Shown in pieces: positions 23,093 through 35,942 of a stretch of DNA of 64,000 nt. Positions within the stretch are counted from its first letter, which is position 1; each line of letters starts with the position of its first letter. Below the pieces are notes generated by a model. That model ran no database searches. It saw nothing but the letters and a program-made list of their open reading frames with translations, and was not told the origin of the DNA. The stretch is from Tubiluchus corallicola (taxonomy: Eukaryota; Animalia; Priapulida). The translations under genes and the position numbers were made by a program. Location of the stretch: assembly GCA_030141605.1 (NCBI GenBank), contig JAQGDQ010000768.1, forward strand, positions 1 through 64,000. The letters are read 5' to 3'.

Positions 23093-23639
23093 GTTGTTGT
23101 TGGCATCCTTCTGTCTCGGAAGACAATGGAGTGTGCGCCAAGAGAGTCAGTTATTAATCACATTGATGGAGCTGCAGCGTCGACTGTGGCTGAGTACGAT
23201 CCTTGAACGTCTCCAGGGCGCACACCTGGGCAAGGTGTATGGAGATCTTGAGTTGCCCAGACAACAGGAACCCCCTCTCTTCCTCCCTGGTGTAGTCCAA
23301 AGGAAAGCGGAGCGATACGTTTGGCACCAGGTTGGCTGCAGGAGCTGCCGGAGTCAGTGAGCATGCTGCACTGGTCCGCCTTCGGGGCTCCACTCCTGAT
23401 TTGGAAGGTTTACTCCTCTACACATGGCCGTTGGGTCACTTGACCTCCTCCGCCCTCTAGCCGTTGGCTGCTTGTGCAGCTCCTCCGCCTAGTGTCGAGA
23501 TACAGTGTGGGCATCCCGCAAGCCTACAGCACCTGCTATTGCTAGGCGGTCACCCATCCAAGTACTAACCAGGCTCCACGTTGCTTAACTTTGATGATCA
23601 GACGAGAACCGGTGTTTTCAACGTGATATGGCCGTAGAC
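23093..23639 (-). mobile_element. 5S rRNA-derived SINE (SINE3-type), full length
   Basis: 5S head, ~430-bp body, 3' end ..cgagacagaaggatgc(caa)3, exact 8-bp TSD gttagtgg (23085-23092 and 23640-23647). Confidence 0.85.
23520..23639 (-). pseudogene. 5S rRNA-derived sequence (SINE head)
   Basis: gtctacggccatatcacgttgaaaacaccggttctcgtctgatc..agttaagc..gttagtacttggatgggtgaccgcct..gtgctgtaggctt, 120 nt, with no oligo-T terminator after it. Confidence 0.9.
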
Positions 23640-24323
23640 GTTAGTGGATAGTACCTCTGTTATGTCGCGTGCAGCTAATAAGGGAAAATAACAGAAAAGA
23701 AAATTATATGAGGAGGCTGATTAATAAAAGGAGAACATGGCGGTTTTTCATATCCTGTGCCATTTTGAAGCAAGTATACATTTGAAGATCAGTGATAATA
23801 CCCAAGCCTTTCTGGTAATTAACAAGGCTAAAACATTTATTAATGACAGGCGAGTACAGTTAGTGATTACGTCATAAGAGGACGTGATTTTCAACAGCAA
23901 GAGCATTCCACGAGCGTGTTGCGCGTGTTTGCGAAAATTAAAGTTCAGTACTAGTGTACAAAATTCAGTGTGATATACAAACTCTCCGGGCAAATATTAA
24001 GCTTACTCACGCACGAGCTCTCCAACGTCACAACTGAACACCTCTCAACTGAGAGGTGCAACATCTGTCTTTTCTGCATTGCATTTCCGATACGCATCCA
24101 CTAGCCGCCCATCTAACTAGCAAATGGCGAAATGCACTGACTGCAGGAATTTCAAATTACCAGTCTGTAGTAACAATTCTTTCGCGTAAGTCATTCTTGA
24201 AAAAATAGTGCGTTCCCATCGATATTTTATGGGGTAGATCGTTTTGAGATGTAGTTTAAGATTGGGTCTGGCTTTCCTACATTGAACTGATCAAAAAGAA
24301 TTGCAGCCTTTTTAAGAATTTAG

Positions 24324-26626
24324 TTACAGCAAAGCGTAGCTAGACTGCAGTGTTTCTTACTAATGTAACAATCTCCTAATTTAATTTTCGCTTATTATGT
24401 TACCATATTTTTACCACCCTACATAACAGTGGCACACTAGCCACTAATTTATCCTAGGTTCAGTATCTGCAGTGACGTCACTGTGCGGACTATGAAAGTG
24501 TTTTTACTAGCTACAAATTAGCAAAATGGTAAAATTATATCTGACACAGAAGTCTGATTACAGTGAAGTGATACTCTCAGAACCTTCTGCTAACAAAAGA
24601 TCTCACTTAACACGACAAATGTTCTCTTAAATTGTGGATTTATGAAAGTGTTTTTACTGCTACAAATTAGCAAAATGGTAAAATTATATCTGAAACAGAA
24701 GCCTGATTACAGTGAAGTGATACTCTCAGAACCTTCTGCTAACAAAAGATCTCACTTAACACAACAAATGTTCTCTTAAATTTTGGGTTTATGAAAGTGT
24801 TTTTACTGCTACAAATTAGCAAAATGGTAAAATTATATCTGACACAGAAGCCTGATTACAGTGAAGTGATACTCTCAGAACCTTCTGCTAACAAAAGATC
24901 TCACTTAACACGACAAATGTTCTCTTAAATTTTGGATTTATGAAAGTGTTTTTACTGCTACAAATTAGCAAAATGGTAAAATTATATCTGACACAGAAGC
25001 CTGATTACAGTGAAGTGATACTCTCAGAACCTTCTGCTAACAAAAGATCTCACTTAACACAACAAATGTTCTCTTAAATTTTGGATTTATGAAAGTGTTT
25101 TTACTGCTACAAATTAGCAAAATGGTAAAATTATATCTGACACAGAGGCCTGATTACAGTGAAGCGATACTCTCAGAACCTTCTGCTAACAAAAGATCTC
25201 ACTTAACACAACAAATGTTCTCTTAAATTTTGGATTTATGAAAGTGTTTTTACTGCTACAAATTAGCAAAATGGTAAAATTATATCTGACACAGAAGCCT
25301 GATTACAGTGAAGTGATACTCTCAGAACCTTCTGCTAACAAAAGATCTCACTTAACACAACAAATGTTCTCTTAAATTTTGGATTTATGAAAGTGTTTTT
25401 ACTGCTACAAATTAGCAAAATGGTAAAATTATATCTGACACAGAAGCCTGATTACAGTGAAGTGATACTCTCAGAACCTTCTGCTAACAAAAGATCTCAC
25501 TTAACACGACAAATGTTCTCTTAAATTTTGGATTTATGAAAGTGTTTTTACTGCTACAAATTAGCAAAATGGTAAAATTATATCTGACACAGAAGCCTGA
25601 TTACAGTGAAGTAATACTCTCAGAACCTTCTGCTAACAAAAGATCTCACTTAACACAACAAATGTTCTCTTAAATTTTGGATTTGACAGCCCATTTCTGG
25701 GACTCGGTCTTTTTATGTTACTCAATCTTTTGCACCTATTGTTGAATTGCTGCATTTTGGGCTGTATGCCAACGAAAGCACGTGCAATATTAAACGGAAG
25801 TAGTGCTGACAAGCCATTGGCATAGTAGTGTCTAGTTTTTTGCTGAATTACTGCTGTGTTTACTTGTCTTGAGGGCAGAATTCTTTTATTACAGAATTCT
25901 CCGATGTCTACAATAGACGTAATAGTCATATGATGATGATGACGACCGGCAATATTACGTAGAATTGATACCATGACGGTAAGCCTGAGGGTAACCGCGT
26001 AACAGATTTATGACCTGTCAAGCATGTGCAAAAGTAAAATCACCGCTAGCAGTCGGCGATTTTTGCCTAGCAGTAATACGCATTTCTTCTGAATTTGTAA
26101 ATTTGTGATACGATTTCCGGAATTGGGTTTCTTAAATGTTTCCAAGAATGTCACTTGAAAGTTGTTTTCGTGTAATCTTGTTAACAAACAAGTAAATAAA
26201 CAAACAAATAAAAACATCTAAACCTCCACGGCGGAGGTGAAAGCTAGTTTAGTTTTCAAGCCGAATTTCGAACAATTTTTTTCACTGAACCGTCGAGTTG
26301 GTGTCTAAAGACGTGAAAAATATGGGCTAAGATAATCTTGTGTTAAGTGAGATCTTTTGTTAGCAGAAGGTTCTGAGAGTATTACTTCACTGTGATCAGG
26401 CTTCTGTGTAAAATATAATTTTACCATTTTGCTAATTTGTAGCAGTAAAAACACTTTCATAGTCCGCACAGTGACGTCACTGCAGATACTGAACCTAGGA
26501 TAAATTAGTGGCTAGTGCCACTGTTATGTGGGGTGGTAAAAATATGGTAACATAATAAGCGAAAATTAAATTAGGAGATTGTTACATTAGTAAGAAACAC
26601 TGCAGTCTAGCTATGCTTTGCAGTAA
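24324..26626. mobile_element. Foldback/MITE-like element with ~290-bp terminal inverted repeats
   Basis: 24324-24613 is the reverse complement of ~26340-26626; TA at both outer ends. Confidence 0.8.
24491..25684. repeat. 149-bp tandem array x8 derived from the inner part of the left TIR
   Basis: tatgaaagtgtttttact recurs every ~149 bp from 24491 to 25535. Confidence 0.97.
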
Positions 26627-26715
26627 GATTGTCTATAAGAACAAAAGAATTTACAATCTAGCTACACAGTTTTAACGCAAATGCAACCGCAAGGACTTTA
26701 AATTCGTTCTGTCCT

Positions 26716-27570
<855 letters not shown>

Positions 27571-27891
27571 CTGTCCTGTTGCAGTTCGCACTATCAACTG
27601 TAAATTTCGGTAAATTCTCTGTATTATAATTTATTAGTACTCAGGCGAAAATTGATTGAATTCACATTTTCTTTTGTCGCAGATTTCATTATGTATTATA
27701 ATATGATGATGATAAACTGCTTACTTACTCACAGTTAAACACAAAAATTCAGTCAGTTAAAATAATGGAATTTCCGAGTAAACTACAGAACTTTTGTTAC
27801 GCCTGTCCACCAGCTTACGTCATTTTTTTCAAATACGCTCGCAACAAGTTTCGTTTGGCGGAAGATACGAATGATTTCTACAAATGAATAC

Positions 27892-28110
<219 letters not shown>

Positions 28111-28867
28111 CTGTGTTTTATTGTATATTGTGTTGACGATTATACCCCACGTGAGGGATTTTGTCTGTGTAGTTTTTTCTTCATTTTAGTGTATTGCATT
28201 GTTTATGCAATATTTTGTAACTTGTAACTGTAATCGTTTGGGTTGTAAATCGTCAATAAATATTATTATATTATACGATAGTCATTGAACTGCCTAGTAT
28301 TATAGATATGAAGCGTTTTGTTTAGTGTAAATAAATTTCTTAAAGTAATAGGAAGCATATTATTAAAATGTTTGTGAATCAAACAGTCAACTTCCGTACG
28401 TACGTACTTCAGTTCCACATTTACCCAACGGGCTCTTCACATAATTTCAAAAGTAATCTTATGTAATGTGAAATTTATTTTTATAGCGCGCAACGTCGTC
28501 ATTTAAAATCTCAGTACGCCGGACAATAAAACGCTTTTAAAATTCACAAGAAACATAAAATTTCAAAGGCATTAAAAATTTAAAACAGTTCATCATAAAA
28601 AGTATTTTTTTAACTCTTTAAATTTTAAGTTTAACTCTCTAAACATTCCTTGGCCTGTTATTAAGCTTAGGGCAGTTATTTCAGTTTTCATGCCAGCGTA
28701 ACTTACTTTCAGTCGGATGAGCCTGTAATTCAAGATTAATAGTTCTATTTTGGTAAATCCTAAGAAAACAAATCATGATTACACAACCTGTTTTTCCACA
28801 TATTTGCACAATGCTGAGTCATTATGATGTTCGTATATTTAAACACGTTTGCAGGTATCTAATTTAA

Positions 28868-29315
28868 CCCTTTCGGCCCCGAACTATTTTTTTAATAAGA
28901 AAAAAATTTTGGCTTGGTACTTTTGTTCAGTATGTCCATCTTGTTTACACATAATAATTTTTTCTACCTGCGCCCGGGTGGTAAATATAGCCTGTATCCC
29001 ACGGGATACATTGGAATTCAATGGAAGCATAAAATGTGCTTCATTTTGCAACTGCTGATAATTTTTTATAAAGTATTTAAGACATTTAGTATGCACGCTA
29101 TGCTGATCTGTACAAAGTCGTCTCTAAAGTACTGTACCTTGCGCAGTTTTTTATGCTATGTAGATTTTTTTAATTTCCATTTTATCACCATTTTAATCTA
29201 TTGTTATCGGCTTAAATCAAAATAACTGTTAACACATCAAATAACTGCCAAATTTATTTATTTTAAAAGCAGAAAATATTCTCGTATCCCACGGGATACA
29301 ACGGGTATGAAAGGG
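28868..29315. mobile_element. piggyBac-like MITE
   Basis: TTAA|ccctttc ... gaaaggg|TTAA; internal palindrome gtatcccacgggatac occurs twice. Confidence 0.75.
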
Positions 29316-29647
29316 TTAAACATTTTACCCGGGGTCCATTGTCACTTGCATACCTTAAATATTGTTTTACACTGGCACGCAATATGATGTTTATATATTT
29401 TCCAGTTTCTTCACATCAAATTTCCAATGTCAACAATTATTCTTTTTTTCAAAAAGTCATGTACTCGGGTAAATTTTACTGTAGTCAAGTGCAATCGAGC
29501 TCCAAAAATGTCTCCTAATACCATATAATTATTACGTCTTCAAAGCTGCAGCTGCGTACAAAATTATGGGCAATAATCTGTTTTAAACCTTTTTAAAAAA
29601 TTGTAATTATTTCAATAATCATCTCAATACTTTTCGTTATTTTATGA

Positions 29648-29900
29648 GTGTGTGTATGCGTGCGTGCGCGTGTGTGTATGTGTGTATGCGTGCGCGTGCG
29701 CGCGTGTGAGTGTGCGTGTGTGTGTGTGTGCGTGCGTGCGTGTGTGTGTGTGTATGCGTGCGTGTGTGTGTGTGTGTGCGTGTGCGTGCGTGCGCGTGTG
29801 TGTATGTGTGTATGCGTGCGCGCGCGCGTGTGTGTGTGGGTGTGTGTGTGTATGCGTGCGTGTGTGTGTGTGTGCGTGTGCGTGCGTGCGCGTGTGTGTA
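29648..29900. repeat. (GT)n/(GCGT)n microsatellite
   Basis: Direct reading. Confidence 0.97.
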
Positions 29901-31852
29901 TTTATAACTAAGTTAGAACTAGGCCTCCAACTAGAGGCCTATTTATGCAAATTACGTATTTTAAAGTTAAAATTAATCATAATCATCATAAAATTTTTTG
30001 TTCCCATTTTTAAATGTGCCAGCTAAATTGCTCTTTCCGGTTACTTGTTAACATGTTAAGTTAACTCAACTGTTAACTAAACTACTTAACTGTTCCAAGT
30101 AAAGAGATATGATAAAGAAATCCATTTTATAAAGAGATTGCCTAAAGGTAGTATTGCTCTGAATGTTTAGTGGAAGTCATAGCTTTTATCCGGAATTTAA
30201 ATTCAGAACTCGTTAATAATTCGTCAATTCTTGTTATTTAAACTCGACACGTGCAGTTATGGCGACCCGTGGAGAGTATAGAAACGTGACCACTCACTAC
30301 GCTGCGTTCAAGTGTAACTCAAAGTTTAGTAGATTAAACACACGTGCACGTGACGCGAGGTCGCTGAAAATAGGTAAAGTTGTTGTTTGTAAATAACGTA
30401 GATACTATATTATTTACTTATATAATAGCAGGGTTAACGTTTATACGATAATTGTTAGAATATACGATGGTTTTAGGCATCGTATAGTACAAAAAGAGAT
30501 TATACGATTAATAATTATGCGATATTTTAGATACGAATACATTGTAAATAATGTACATACCACCATATTTGCTTACATAGTAGCAGGGTTGCCGGTTGTA
30601 CGATAATCGTTAGAATATATGAACTTTGAGGCATCGTAGTACAAAAAAAGAGATTATACGATGGTCGATAATTATACGATAGTTTAGATGCGAAACAAAA
30701 ATAGCAGTTTGAAAAAAATTGTGCACTGAAAACATTTAACACATCACTGCTAACCATCGGAGAGTAAATTAACTTTGATTTCACTGTAGTCTGAAAAATG
30801 CTGATCGCAGTTGGTGGTAATAATAGTAATAATAATTTCGTTTCAGACATAGTCCAGGGATAACACCCTAAGTAACTTAAGACTCATTTCCAAGATGGCC
30901 CCAATAATTATTACCTGCATGTTACTTCGACAAACCCACGTGTTTGGTCGAACAACCGGCGGTACCATTTTTAAGTCTTTGAACCGGGACTTCCCGGGTT
31001 GGAAGCGAGCGGCTACCAATGAGCTACGCCACCGACTACGAGTGGTCACAGTTTGACCGATTACGAGTGGTCACAGTGTGTTGAAATGTAATTTAAAAAA
31101 AGCAGAAGGAATTTACTATTCCTCACACAATTTAAATACCCTAGCCTAGTCCTAACCCTAACCTCTGCCCCAACCCGCACTGTCAACCTTAATCCTAATC
31201 CGGTTCTCGACCTAATTTCTTCTGTGTGTGTGTGTGTGTGTGTGTTAATTGTAAACTTTAGCCAAAAATGCTTATGATGACGAAAATAAGACTTTATTCT
31301 GCACATGCAGAAATTACCGACATTTGACTCTGTTTTCATAAGCTTAATGTTACATTTGTTAATTCCCCTTTTGTGTGTGATAGTTAGTTATTATTAAGTG
31401 CAAAATTAAGTTTATTTATAGTATTTTTGAGGGTGAAAATATGCAGAAATTTTGCATTTTGGGCGAAAATATGATAATTTGGCGGAAAATGCTATCAATT
31501 TTAGCCTCCTTTACGATAATTTGCATTACACAAACGGGCAACCCTGCATAGTATGCGTATTATAACACATACTATCAGATACTGTAACACTAAGCGTTAT
31601 TAAAACAATAAAACTTTTTCGAACGTATTGTTTACGAGTAAAGACAATCGTTGTTGCAGCAATGCTATTTTTAATGCCAATGGTTTGTTGTGTTGCTGTC
31701 ATAGATGTGCTAATTATTTCTTTTGGCATTGAAAATGGTGTAAATACAGAAACAATAGATTGCACTCATTAAATAACATGTCGATTTGTTATAAGCTGGC
31801 TCCATTTTGTATTTAATAAAGTGTTTATTTAATAATAATCTAACTCAATAAA

Positions 31853-31932
<80 letters not shown>

Positions 31933-31951
31933 ATAAGTAAGTAAGTAAGTA
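31853..31951. repeat. (TAAG)n microsatellite
   Basis: Direct reading. Confidence 0.97.
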
Positions 31952-33304
31952 TCTTTATTTATCACCTTTTTTACAAGAAAAACACAGAGCATGAAACGAT
32001 AATATGATACAAAGTGACAAGATTATTAAATGAATAAATTATCTGAGTTAATGATGTTCAAGTGATTGGTGAAAGGGTGGCGAAAAACTAAAAGTTACCA
32101 AAGTCAACCACCCTGTAAGTAATGTTGCTATTAGTAATATGCGCAATTATCTTGACGAAGATTTCAGAATAAGGTGTGTAAAACTATTGAGATTAAGTTT
32201 AAATTTGAACATAAATATCATGGACATAAAGGCATAATAAATACGCATAATGTTGATATTCTAAGCAATGTGTAAATTTACGCAGATAGAATTGCCTTAC
32301 CTCTTAACTTTCATTTACATATTAGTACTGAATATGGGACATTTCCAATAAGGCATCTACATAGTCATGAGGCCTCTATCTGCTGTAAAATTACATTATA
32401 ATTACAAAACATTTATTTGAAACAGGACACTTCGGTTTATTCACTAAAACATTCTCAATTAATTGCTAAACAATTAATAAATGTCTAATTAGAAATAAAA
32501 GCACATTAAAGTTTTCTGAAAGTTGAAATTTTTTCACTCTCAAGAATATAAAACTATAATTTCAAATTACACATATTAATTCCTATCATTAAAATTCTGT
32601 AGTTCCCTTGTCACCAATAAATTTCGCACGCCTGCTGGATTGCAATAATATAGTTAATGATTTTATGACTAATTCGAAATTAGCCAAATCATTGAATATT
32701 TTTACATTCAAACTAAGTGTTACATAATGTGCCAAACTTGTTACATAATGTGAGTTTTTATCTCCTGTGGATCTTTATGTGAAAAAATCTAATTATGGAA
32801 AATGAGAACAAAATGGAACGTACAACACTCTCTCTCATTTTTTTTTGATGAAGCAACGTAAGTGCTTTCCAGTTTTGAAATTTAAAATCAGATGAAATAA
32901 AGAACAAAGATTAAAATAAAAATTAAACTAAGTTTTTTCCCTACCGCCTTTAGTTATAGTAAAGTCTAAAATGTTTCATAAACACAAGTACAATTAACAA
33001 ATCACATACCTAAATTAGCAACGCAAATAGCAAAATCGACAACAGTTATTTGATATTATTGTTATATTGTTATAACGTTACATTATTATAACTAGTATAA
33101 TATTATTATGATGTTATAAATTTCCACCAAAGTCAAATGAAATTCTTATGGAGAATTTTATTGTAAGTTTATAACTTTAGCCTAGAAATTTTAGCCTATT
33201 CAATTACGAGTTTTAATCGGTTAACCTGTTAAGTATCAAGTAATCAGTTAAGTACTTATTAAATATATACTACAGGTAATCTTAAACATTTCTGTTTACA
33301 GATC

Positions 33305-33380
33305 ATGAAGCATCCAAGCCTAAACGCGATCGTAAAATTGATACTTTTTGCCGCCTGTCTATGTAAACGCGTCAGTACAC
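33305..33380 (+). CDS. Putative secreted orphan protein, coding exon 1 (signal-peptide-like)
   Basis: tttacag|atcATG; MKHPSLNAIVKLILFAACLCKRVST plus 1 nt; gtaagt donor. Confidence 0.65.
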
Positions 33381-33571
33381 GTAAGTATTATCATTTCTAA
33401 TTAGAAAAGTACAGCATTAACAACATTAAAAAAAATCTTATTGATATGCCTGAAATAATGTTTACCCAAAGAAGTAAATGTCGCCCAGGCGATAACCTTG
33501 CGATTCCGTCGGAAACTGAAGATTCTGCAAAAGGATCAATGGCGAGAGTACTCAGCTGTGTCAAGTTTTAA

Positions 33572-33734
33572 CTCTCAGCCGACCAAGATGGAGCAAAAAG
33601 TTACGCCAGTAAAATATATTCATATCTTTTATATTGATGCATGCAATGATGCAGCAAAAAAAACCCAAACAAGTAGTCACTTACCCCGCTTGGTCTTTGT
33701 ATCGTAATATAAAAACACTTTGGTCGGCTAAGGG
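33572..33734. mobile_element. Small piggyBac-like MITE
   Basis: TTAA|ctctcagccgaccaa ... ttggtcggctaaggg|TTAA. Confidence 0.7.
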
Positions 33735-34767
33735 TTAAAGGAGCATTACTGCTTCGTCTATTACTGAGAAACAAAATGATTGAAAATTGTTATTTGGAAT
33801 TTTTAATTAGGCCTTTTGTGGTAACTAATTAGTTAAATTAGAACAGTTCTCAATTTTCTCTTTCGCAAACACGTGCAACACGCTCATGGAATGCTTTTGC
33901 CTTCGAAAATTATGTTAGTTTGTGAAGTCACCTATAGTTGGGCTCGCCCGCCGTTATTTAAATTTTTAATCTATTATTTAACAATCAGAAAAGCTTTTGC
34001 AGTATTAATTGTACTAAAATGTATACTTTATACAGGACTTGAAAGTAGAGTAGTATATTATTATTAATTATTAAAAATCTTTATTGAAAATTATACAAGA
34101 AGCCCTCTATTTGTGGGGCATAAAAGTACAAAAATGTTAAATAAGTCTATACACTATGTACATTAAATAAATTTCTTACTAAACAAGCTGACAATTTTGC
34201 ATTATGATTTACTTCTTTTAATGACAACGTTGAACAAATGTTTGGACTGACTTTTGGTACCTGTTCTTGCTAATATATGTTTATGGAACACACTGAATTT
34301 GAAATTTTATCAACATGTAGGTACTGATAGATACACCAACCAGTCCTGGAAATGGCTCGCCAAGTGTGACCCATCACCCTCTTGATCCACATGTACCCGT
34401 GACCAAGACCCATGACCCATTAGGCATAAAATGACCCATGCCATAACAATGCTGTTCCGGTCTTAATTACGTTCTATGGAAGACATCTGCTGATTTAGCT
34501 TCTATAAACTACTACAAATAAAACTTCAACTGCAGCCATAAACTTTAAGTTGAATTTTATAAGACAGATTTACTTTGCTCTACGTTTCACTTAAAGTTAC
34601 GTATAAAAGTACTAACGGTTTTTTAGATAATTAGGACTATTATTTTTCCCTGCGTCATGTGGACCGTTTTTGATCCACATCCACGTGAACCACTAGAAAA
34701 CTGTGACCCATTGACCCACGACACACGGATCTATTTCGAACTCTGATGCTAGCTAATCTTTAGTTCC

Positions 34768-34915
34768 AATATGGATGATGTCTTTTGCTTAGTTTCAGCC
34801 AAATTCAACTGCAAAAATTTTATGAACTGACTTCATTCTCTGTATCCACTTTAAAGTCTTCAATTTTGAAATCAAGTGCAACAAGAGACTACCTTTCTTA
34901 GATGTTCTTGTCTGT
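34768..34915 (+). mobile_element. Penelope-like RT relic
   Basis: MDDVFCL... and FEIKCNKRLPFLDVLV motifs, degenerate. Confidence 0.5.
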
Positions 34916-35161
34916 GATTCTTTGCTTGCATTTTAGTTAGCTTCTTGGCGAGTGTTTCTCATCATTTTCATTTTCATTTCTGGAGTCACACGTCCTCTGG
35001 CATGAGTTTTGCAATCACTTTACACCATACTGCCCTGTCATCCGCAACCTCCCATATCTCTGTATTTTTGATACCTAATGGTGTGTTGATAAGACGTTTT
35101 TGTATGAAATTAATGTGTGTCACAGCAGCTGCTCTCCTTGCGATTAAATTTCCTCAGCAAC

Positions 35162-35203
<42 letters not shown>

Positions 35204-35505
35204 GAGTGTTTCTTCCATGGTTTTTCACGTCTGTGCATGCATGCGATTTAAATACATGACGCCACATTCTGGCATTCTATGTGATTAATTTTATGTAATG
35301 CAGCGGCAGCGGCGGTGACTAATTTTACTCTATGTTACCACCATTCTAAAGAATGCCAGCACTGCAAAACATGTGTTAGAAGTTAACATAACAGAAAATA
35401 AGTTAACAATCTAATGTAACTTACAGAAAGAGTATCATGAGAAAACTGAGGAAGTTACTGTCTAAAGCAAAGCGATTCTTTAAATCAAGCGTATTTTATT
35501 TTCAG

Positions 35506-35942
35506 GTTACGATCGAAATGGATTCGTAAGCCCTCTCTTCAAAAGGTTTGTTGAGGGACGTCTGACAGGCGACTTGAAAAACGCTGGCTTTTATGTCTAC
35601 GAACCGTTTGCACGCACACCACAAGTTTTCCAACAACCGCCGCTAGGAGGCGGTCACATGCTGCAGCCAAGATTTCCGCCAGTACCCCTTGAATCACGAA
35701 TTTATAACACACTGGGCGACACCGAAGAAGCACAGCGACTTACTGTACCGTCGAAAAAGAAATTACAACAATTTACACGGCAGAGAAACTCCATTTTACA
35801 ACGCCAGGGACGCTTGATGTGGCTGCAACCAAACCACGCGCAGCAGATGGGGCTAATGAGAGATTCAGTGCTGAATCGTCATAGACTTTTAGCACCTTAT
35901 TTTGCGAATTTGTTATGGGGACCGTACCCTAGATACTTTTAG
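35506..35942 (+). CDS. Putative secreted orphan protein, coding exon 2 (170 aa total)
   Basis: ttttattttcag acceptor, phase matches exon 1, GC-richer open frame ending in ..WGPYPRYF*, AATAAA at ~36023 and ~36047. Confidence 0.65.

Noticed and set aside
23520-23639. Functional 5S rRNA gene
   Set aside because: Single diverged copy with no T-run terminator, embedded in a TSD-flanked retroposon.
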